NCBI RefSeq assembly: GCF_009914755.1
Contig: NC_060933.1
DNA length: 64,000 bases
Origin: the human T2T-CHM13v2.0 reference genome, Homo sapiens
Direction: 5' to 3' (one strand)
Positions 56,426-64,000 of the stretch are shown here, piece by piece. The notes beneath the pieces are model-generated. The model ran no database searches and was not told the DNA's origin. It worked only from the letters and a program-made list of their open reading frames with translations. The position numbers and the translations under genes were made by a program. How positions within the stretch are numbered: the stretch's first letter is position 1; each line of letters starts with the position of its first letter.

Positions 56426-59400
56426 ATTCAATTACATTCGTATTGATTCTTTTTAATTCCCTTACACTCCATTACATTCCATTCCATTCGGGTACTTTCC
56501 ATTCCATTCCATTCCATTCCACTGCATTCTATTGCACTCGGGTTGATTGATTCCATTCCATTGCATTCCATTCCATTCCATTGCACACGGGTTCATTCCA
56601 TTCCATTCCATTCCTTTCCATTCCATTCCATTGCACACGGGTTCATTCCATTCCATTCCATTACATTCCATTCCATTTCGTTCCATTCCATTCTATTCCG
56701 TACCATTCCATTCCATTCCATTCCATTCCATTCCATTCCACTCCATTCCATGCCATTCCACTCGGGTTTATTCCATTCCTTTCCATTCCATTCGGGTTGA
56801 ATCCATTCCATTCCATTCCATTCCATTCCATTCAATTCCATTACATAGCAATCGGGTTGATTCCATTGCATTCCATTCCATTCCATTGCATTCCATTCCA
56901 TTCCATTCCATTCCATTGCATTCCATTCCATGCCATTCCACTCGGGTTGATTCCATTCCTTTCCATTCCATTCGAGTTGAACCCATTCCATTCCATTCCA
57001 TTCCATTCCATTCCATTCCATTGCAATCGAATTTATTCCATTCCATTCCATTCCATTCCATTCCATACCATTCCATTCCATGCCATTCCACTCGGGTTGA
57101 TTCCATTGCTTTCCATTCGATTTGGGTTGAATCCAATCCATTCCATTCATTCAATTCCATTCCTTTCCATTGCACTAGGTTTGATTCCATTCCACAGCAT
57201 TCCATTCCATTCCATTCCATTCCACTGCATTCCATTCCATTCCATTCCATTCTATTCCATTCCATTCCATTCCATTCCACTCGGGATGATTCCATTCCTT
57301 TCCATTCCATTCGGGTTGAAACCATTCCATTCCATTCCATTCCTTTCGATTCCATTCCATTACACTCGGGTTGATCCCATTCCATTGCATTGCATTCCAT
57401 TCCATTGCATTCCATTCCGTTCCATTCCATTCCATTACATTCGTATTGATTCTATTCAATTCCCTTACACTCCATTACATTCCATTCCATTCGGGTTGTT
57501 TCCATTCCATTCCATTCCATTCCACTCCATTCCATTGCAATCGGGTTGATTCCATTCCATTCCAATCCATTCCATTCCGTATGATTCCATTCCATTGCAT
57601 TGCATTCCATTCCATTCCCCTGCTCTCGGGTGGATTCCATTCTATTCCATTCCATTCCATTCCATTCCATTCCATTCCATTCCATTCCACTCCACTCCAT
57701 GCCATTCCACTCGGGTTTAATCCATTCCTTTCCATTCCATTCGGGTTGAATCCATTCCATTCCATTCCATTCCACTCAATTCCATTACATTGCAATCGGG
57801 TTGATTCCATTCCATTCCATTCCATTCCATTCCATTGCATTCCATTCCATTTCGTTCTTTTCCATTCTATTCCGTACCATTCCATTCCATTCCTTTGCAT
57901 TCCATGCCATTCCACTCGGGTTTATTCCATTCATTTTCATTCCATTCGGGTTGAATCCATTCCATTCCATTCCATTCCATTCCATTCCATTGCACTAGGT
58001 TTGATTCCATTCCACTGCATTCCATTCCATTCCATTCCATTCCATTCCGTTCCATTCCATTCCATTACATTCGGTTTGATTGTATTCAATTCCCTTACAC
58101 TTCATTTCATTCCATTCCATTCAGGTTGTTTCCATTCCATTCCAATCCATTCCACTCCATTCCATTGAACTCGTGTTGATTGCATTCCATTCCATTCCAT
58201 TCTACTCCATTTCGTTCTATTCCATTCTATTCGGTAGCATTCCATTCCATTCCATTCCAATCCATTCCATTCCATGCCATTCCACTTGGGTTGATTCCCT
58301 TCCTTTCCATTCCATTCGGGTTGAATCCATTCCATTCCATTCCATTCCATTCCATTCCATTCCATTCCTTTCAATTCCATTGCACAAGGGTTGGTTCCAT
58401 TCCATTCCTTTCCGTTCCATTCCGGATGACTCCATTCCATTGCATTCCATTCCATTCCATTCCCCTGCACTCGGGTTCATTACCTTCCATTCCATTTACT
58501 TCCTTTCCATTCCATTCCATTCTATTCTGGTTAATTCCATTCCATTCCATTGCATTCCATTCCATTCCATTCCATTCCATTCCATTCCATTCCATTCCAT
58601 TCCATTCCATTCCATTCCATTGCAATCGAGTTGATTCCATTCCATTCCATTCAATTCCGTATGATTCCATTCCATTGCCTTCAATTCCATTCCATTCCCC
58701 TGCACTCGGGTTGATTCCATTCCATTCCATTCCATTCCATTTCGTTCCATTCCATTCTATTCCGTACCATTCCATTCTATTCCATTCCATTCCATTCCAC
58801 TCGACTCCATGCCATTCCACTAGGGTTTATTCCATTCCTTTCCATTCCATTCGGGTTGAATCCATTCCATTCCATTCCATTCCATTCGATTCCATTACAT
58901 TGCACTCGGGTTGATTCCTTTGCATTCCATTCCATTACATTCCATTGCATTCCATTCCATTCCATTCCCCTGCACTCAGGTTGATTCCATTCGATTCCTT
59001 TGCATTCCATTCCATTCGGGTTGTTTCCATTCCATTCCATTCCATTCCACTCCATTCCACTCCATTCCATTGCAATCGGGTTGATTCCATTCCATTCCAT
59101 TGCATTCCATTCCATTCCATTCCATTCCGTATGATTCCATTCCATTGCATTCCATTCCATTCCATTCCCCTGCACTCGGTTGGATTCCATTGTATTCCAT
59201 TCCATTCCATTCCATTCCATTCCATTCTATTCGGGTTAATTTCATTCCATTCCATTCCATTCCCTTCTATTCCATTCCATTCCATTCCATTCAATTCCAT
59301 TGAAATCGAGTTGATTCCATTCCATTCCATTCCATTCCATTCTATTCGGGTTAATTCCATTCCATTCCATTCCATTCCATTCCCTTCCATTCCATTCCAT

Positions 59401-59659
59401 TCCATTCCATTCCATTCTATTAGGGTTAATTCCATTCCATTCCATTCCATTCCATTCCATTCCATTCCATGCCATTCCACTCGGGTTTATTCCATTCCTT
59501 TCCATTCCATTTGGGTTGAATCCATTCCATTCCATTCCATTCCATTCCATTCCATTCCATTCCATTCCATGCCATTGCACTCAGGTTGATTCCATTCCTT
59601 TCCATTCCATTCGAATTGAACCCATTCCATTCCATTCCATTCCATTCCATTCCATTCCA

Positions 59660-61900
59660 TTGCTCACGGGTTCATTCCATTCCATTCCATTCCATTCCAT
59701 TCCATTCCATTTCGTTCCATTCCATTCTACTCCGTACCATTCCATTCCATTCCATTCCCTTCCATGCCATTTCACTCGGGTTTATTCCATTCCTTTCCAT
59801 TCCATTCGGGTTGAATCCATTCCATTCCATTCCATTCCATTCCATTCCATTCCATTGCGCTCGGGTTGATTCCATTCCATTCTATGCCATTCCATTTCAT
59901 TCCATTCCATTCCATTCCTTTCCTTTCAATTCCATTCCATTACATTCGGATTGATTCTTTTTAATTCCCTTACACTCCATTACATTCCATTCCATTCGGG
60001 TACTTTCCATTCCATTCCATTCCATTCCACTGCATTCTATTGCACTCGCGTTGATTGATTCCATTCCATTGCATTCCATTGCATTCCATTCCATTCCATT
60101 CCATTCCATTCTGTTCAGGTTAATTCCATTCCATTCCATTCCCTTCCATTCCATTCCATTCCATTCCATCCCATTGCAATCGAGGTGATTCCATTGCATT
60201 CCATTCCATTCCATTCCATTGCATTCCATTCCATTCCATTCCCCTGCACTCAGATTGATTCCATTCCATTCCTTTCCATTCAATTCCGTTCCATTCCTTT
60301 CCATTCCATTCTATTTGCGTTAATTCCGTTCCATTCCATTCCATTACATTCCTTTGCAATCGAGTTGATTCCATTCCATTCCGTTCCATTCCATTCCATT
60401 CCATTCCATTCCATGCCATTCCACTCGGGTTGATTCCATTCCTTTCCATTCCATTCGAGTTGAATCCATTCCATTCCATTCCATTCCATTCCATTCCATT
60501 CCATTGCTCACGTGTTCATTCCATTCCATTCCATTCCATTCCATTCCATTTCGTTCCATTCCATTCTCTTCCGTAGTATTCCATTCCATTCCATTCCACT
60601 CCATTCCATGCCATTCCACTCGGGTTTATTCCATTCCTTTCCATTCCATTCGGGTTGAATTCATTCCATTCCATTCCATTCCATTCCATTCAATTCCATT
60701 ACATTGCACTCGGGTTGATTCCATTCCATTCCATTCCATTTCAATCCATTCCCTTCCATTCCATTTCATTCCATTCCATTCCATTCCATTCCATTCCATT
60801 CCATTCCTTTCCATTCCATTCCATGCCATTCCACTCGGGTTGATTCCATTCCTTTCCATTCCATTCTAGTTGAACCCATTCCGTTCCATTCCATTCCATT
60901 CCATTCCATTCCATTCCATTGCACACGGGTTCATTCAATTACATTCCATTCCATTCCATTCCATTCCATTCCATTTCGTTCCATTCCATTCTATTTCTTA
61001 CCATTCCATTCCATTCCATTCCCTTCCATGCCATTTCACTCGGGTTTATTCCATTCCTTTCCATTCCATTCGGGTTGAATCCATTCCATTCCATTCCATT
61101 CCATTCCATTGAACTCGGGTTGATTCCATTCCATTCCATGCCATTCCATTTCATTCCATTCCATTCCATTCCATTCTATTCCATTCCATTACGTTCCCTT
61201 CCATTCCATTACATTCGGATTGATTCTTTTTAATTCCCTTACACTCCATTACATTCCTTTCCATTCTGGTACTTTCCATTCCATTCCATTCCATTCCACT
61301 GCATTCTATTGCACTCGGGTTGATTGATTCCATTCCATTGCATTCCATTCCATTCCATTCCCCTGCACTCGGGTTGATCCCATTCCATTGCATTCCATTC
61401 CATTCCATTCCATTCCATTCCATTCCGTTCCATTCCATTCCATTCCATTCTCTTCAGCTTAATTCCATTCCATTCCATTCCCTTCCATTCCGTTCCATTC
61501 CATTCCATTCCATTCTGTTCAGGTTAATTCCATTCCATTCCATTCCCTTCCATTCCATTCCATTCCATTCCATCCCATTGCAATCTAGTTGATTCCATTG
61601 CATTCCATTCCATTCCATTCCATTCCATTGCATTCCATTCCATTCCATTCCCCTGCACTCAGATTGATTCCATTCCATCCCATTCCATTCCATTCCGTTC
61701 CATTACATTCCATTCCATTCTATTCGCGTTAATTCCATTCCATTCCATTCCATTGCATTCCATTGCAATCGAGTTGATTCCATTCCATTCCGTTCCATTC
61801 CATTCCATTCCATTCCATTTCATTCCATTCCATTCTATTCTGTACCATTCCATTCCATTCCATTCCATTCCATTCCATTCCATGCCATTCCACTCTGGTT
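59660..61900 (+). repeat. Diverged tandem duplication, period ~1.27 kb
   Basis: ACATTCGGATTGATTCTTTTTAATTCCC at 59942 and 61211. Shared motif order on both sides: CCCTTCCATGCCATTTCACTCGGGTTTATT, CTGTTCAGGTTAA, GCACTCAGATTG, GCGTTAATTCC. Confidence 0.8.
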
Positions 61901-63141
61901 GATTCCATTGCTTTCCATTCCATTTGGGTTGAATCCAATCCATTCCATTCCATTCCATTCCATTCCATTCCATTCCATTCCGTTCCATTCCATTCAATTG
62001 CACTAGGTTTGATTCCATTCCACTGCATTCCATTCCATTCCATTCCGTTCCATTCCATTCCATTACATTCGGATTGATTGTATTCAATTCCCTTACACTC
62101 CATTACATTCCATTCCATTCGGGTTGTTTCCATTCCATTGCATTCCATTCCATTCCATTCCATTCCATTTCGTTCCATTTCGTTCCATTCTATTCTATTC
62201 CTTACCATTCCATTCCATTCCATTCCATTGCACACGGAATGGAATGGAATGGAAACAACACGAATGGAATGGAATGTAATGGAGTGTAAGGGAATTGAAT
62301 ACAATCAATCCGAATGTAATGTAATGGAATGGAACGGAATGGAATGGAATGGAATGCAGTGGAATGGAATCAAACCTAGTGCAATGGAATGGAATGGAAT
62401 GGAATGGAATGGAAGGGATTGGATTCAACCCAAATGGAATGGAAAGCAATGGAATCAACCCGAGTGGAATGGCATGGAATGGAATGGAATGGAATGGAAT
62501 GGAATGGTACAGAATAGAATGGAATGGAACGAAATGGAATGGAATGGAATGGAATGGAACGGAATGGAATGGAATCAACTCGATTGCAATGGAATGTAAT
62601 GGAATGGAATGGAATGGAATTAACGCGAATAGAATGGAATGGAATGTAATGGAACGGAATGGAATGGAATGGGATGGAATGGAATCAATCTGAGTGCAGG
62701 GGAATGGAATGGAAAGGAATGCAATGGAATGGAATGGAATGGAATGGAATGGAATGCAATGGAATCAACTAGATTGCAATGGGATGGAATGGAATGGAAT
62801 GGAATGGAAGGGAATGGAATGGAATGGAATTAACCTGAACAGAATGGAATGGAATGGAATGGAACGGAATGGAAGGGAATGGAATGGAATGGAATTAACC
62901 TGAACAGAATGGAATAGAATGGAATGGAACGGAATGAAATGGAATGGAATGGAATGGAATGCAATGGAATGGGATCAACCCGAGTGCAGGGGAATGGAAT
63001 GGAATGGAATGCAATGGAATGGAATCAATCGACCCGAGTGCAATAGAATGCAGTGGAATGGAATGGAATGCAATGGAAAGTAACCGAATGGAATGGAATG
63101 TAATGGAGTGTAAGGGAATTAAAAAGAATCAATCCGAATGT
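61211..63141. repeat. Long imperfect inverted repeat: arms ~61211-62146 and ~62236-63141, spacer ~89 bp
   Basis: Diagnostic motifs mirror in order: GGGTTGTTTCC/GGAAACAACAC, GATTGTATTCAATTCCC, CACTAGGTTTG, TATTCGCGTTAA, GCACTCAGATTG, CAATCTAGTTG, CTGTTCAGGTTAA, TTCTTTTTAA. ORFs 61729..62304(-) and 62078..62599(+) start with the same 20 residues, and 61659..62087(-) and 62349..62693(+) end identically, which confirms the symmetry. Confidence 0.93.
62226..62245. other. Inversion breakpoint (strand switch CATTC to GGAAT)
   Basis: Reads CATTGCACACGG|AATGGAAT. The B-type motif TTGCACACGGGTTCATTCC is truncated after CACACGG, and GG at 62236-62237 is shared with the first GGAAT of the opposite-orientation array. 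No inserted foreign sequence. Confidence 0.97.
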
Positions 63142-64000
63142 AATGGAATGGAATTGAAAGGAAAGGAATGGAAAGGAATGGAATGGAATGGAACGGAATG
63201 AAATGGAATGGCATAGAATGGAATGGAATCAACCCGAGCGCAATGGAATGGAATGGAATGGAATGCAATGGATTCAACCCGAATGGAATGGAAAGGAATG
63301 GAATAAACCCGAGTGAAATGGCATGGAAGGGAATGGAATGGAATGGAATGGTACAGAGTAGAATGGAATGGAACGAAATGGAATGGAATGGAATGGAATG
63401 GAATGGAATGGACCCGTGAGCAATGGAATGGAATGGAATGGAATGGAATGGAAGGGAATGGAATGGGTTAAATTCGAATGGAATGGAAAGGAATGGAATC
63501 AAACGGAGTGCAATGGCATGGAATGGAATGGAATGGAATGGAATGGAATGGAATGGAATCAACCCGAATGGAATGGAAAGGAATGGAATAAACCCGAGTG
63601 GAATGGCATGGAATGGAGTGGAATGGAATGGAATGGAATGGAATGGAATGGAATGGAATGGAATGGAATTAACCCTAATAGAATGGAATGTAATGTAATG
63701 GAATGGAATGGAATGGAATGGAAGGGAATGGAATGGAATGGAATGGAATGGAATTAACACGAATAGAATGGAATGGAATGGAATGGAATGGAATGGAATG
63801 GAATGGAATCAACTCGATTTCAATGGAACGGAATGGAATGGAATGGAATGGAATGGAAGGGAATGGAATGAAATTAACCCGAATAGAATGGAATGGAATG
63901 GAATGGAATGGAATGGAATGGAATGGAATGGAATGGAATAGAATGGAATCCAACCGAGTGCAGTGGAATGGAATGGAATGGAATGCAATGGAATGGAATC
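62236..64000 (-). repeat. Satellite III (HSat3) array in inverted orientation, (GGAAT)n on +; domain B type
   Basis: From 62236 the + strand reads GGAAT repeats with CAACCCGAGT interspersions (e.g. 62456-62465). It contains reverse complements of domain-B motifs (AAACCTAGTGC at ~62372, GAATTAAAAAGAA at ~63116). Confidence 0.98.

Larger units (their letters stand above)
1..62237 (+). repeat. Satellite III (HSat3) array, C-rich (CATTC)n strand on +
   Basis: Continuous CATTC/ATTCC pentamers with variant pentamers. Hundreds of ACTCGGGTTGATTCC interspersions (reverse complement of the classical Sat3 CAACCCGAGT decamer) and dense HinfI (GATTC) sites. No unique sequence anywhere. Confidence 0.98.
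50834..62237 (+). repeat. HSat3 domain B, main block
   Basis: Dominated by CATGCCATTCCACTCGGGTT(G/T)ATT, TTGCACACGGGTTCATTCC, CGAGTTGAACCC and CGGGTTGAATCC, with TTCTTTTTAATTCCC at ~53520, 56448, 59955, 61224. Lacks GGAAGATTCC, CAAGTTGAATCC and CGAATACATTCCCTCC. Confidence 0.85.

Noticed and set aside
61729-62599. Chimeric IPFHS-to-MEWNG ORFs on both strands
   Set aside because: They simply read across the inversion junction. They were used only as evidence of symmetry.
36-63953. Hundreds of ORFs, including 527 aa (51185-52768) and 397 aa (41059-42252)
   Set aside because: A 5-mer repeat without stop codons gives the same pentapeptide in all three frames (MEWNG or IPFHS). The ORFs overlap in all six frames, and there are no domains or gene structure.
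61211-64000. Fold-back sequencing or assembly chimera as the cause of the strand switch
   Set aside because: The arms differ by substitutions, pentamer counts and a ~1.27 kb block, and the right arm shares states with a distant copy at 39.6-40.5 kb. An artefactual fold-back would be near-identical. Read-level confirmation is still desirable.
1-64000. Transposon, tRNA/rRNA, telomeric or other unique insertions
   Set aside because: No stretch departs from the 5-bp-derived pattern. I saw no poly-A tails, target-site duplications or TTAGGG arrays; isolated TTAGGG hexamers are single-base variants of TTCGGG.
1-64000. Definite chromosome or subfamily assignment (e.g. chr9 HSat3B5)
   Set aside because: It is plausible from the decamer content and the inversion, but it needs alignment or subfamily k-mer classification against T2T assemblies. 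The labels A and B here are local names, not the published HSat3A/HSat3B classes.

Overview
The whole 64 kb window is primate (most likely human) Satellite III DNA (HSat3). It is a (CATTC)n/(GGAAT)n pentamer array interspersed with the classical ACTCGGGTTG (reverse complement CAACCCGAGT) Sat3 decamer. I see no genes, RNA genes, transposons or CRISPR arrays. Every ORF in the track is an artefact of a stop-free 5-mer repeat (MEWNG/IPFHS pentapeptides). The array is structured, however. (1) There are two sequence domains, named here A (1-~39.1 kb and ~42.6-50.8 kb) and B (~39.1-42.6 kb and ~50.8-64 kb), with different diagnostic motifs. (2) Domain A has a rearranged ~2.65 kb higher-order unit carrying two perfect three-unit heat-shock elements (aTTCc-gGAAg-aTTCc); I counted about 29 by eye and found none in B. 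(3) An inversion breakpoint at ~62,236 creates a long imperfect inverted repeat centred at ~62,191. (4) There are many local tandem duplications of 50-930 bp. I found no evidence for a new protein-based system. The best candidates for unrecognised function are the domain-restricted HSE module and the inversion junction. All counts and alignments were done by eye and need computational confirmation. Chromosome assignment cannot be made from this window alone; an HSat3B-type array such as 9q12 is plausible.
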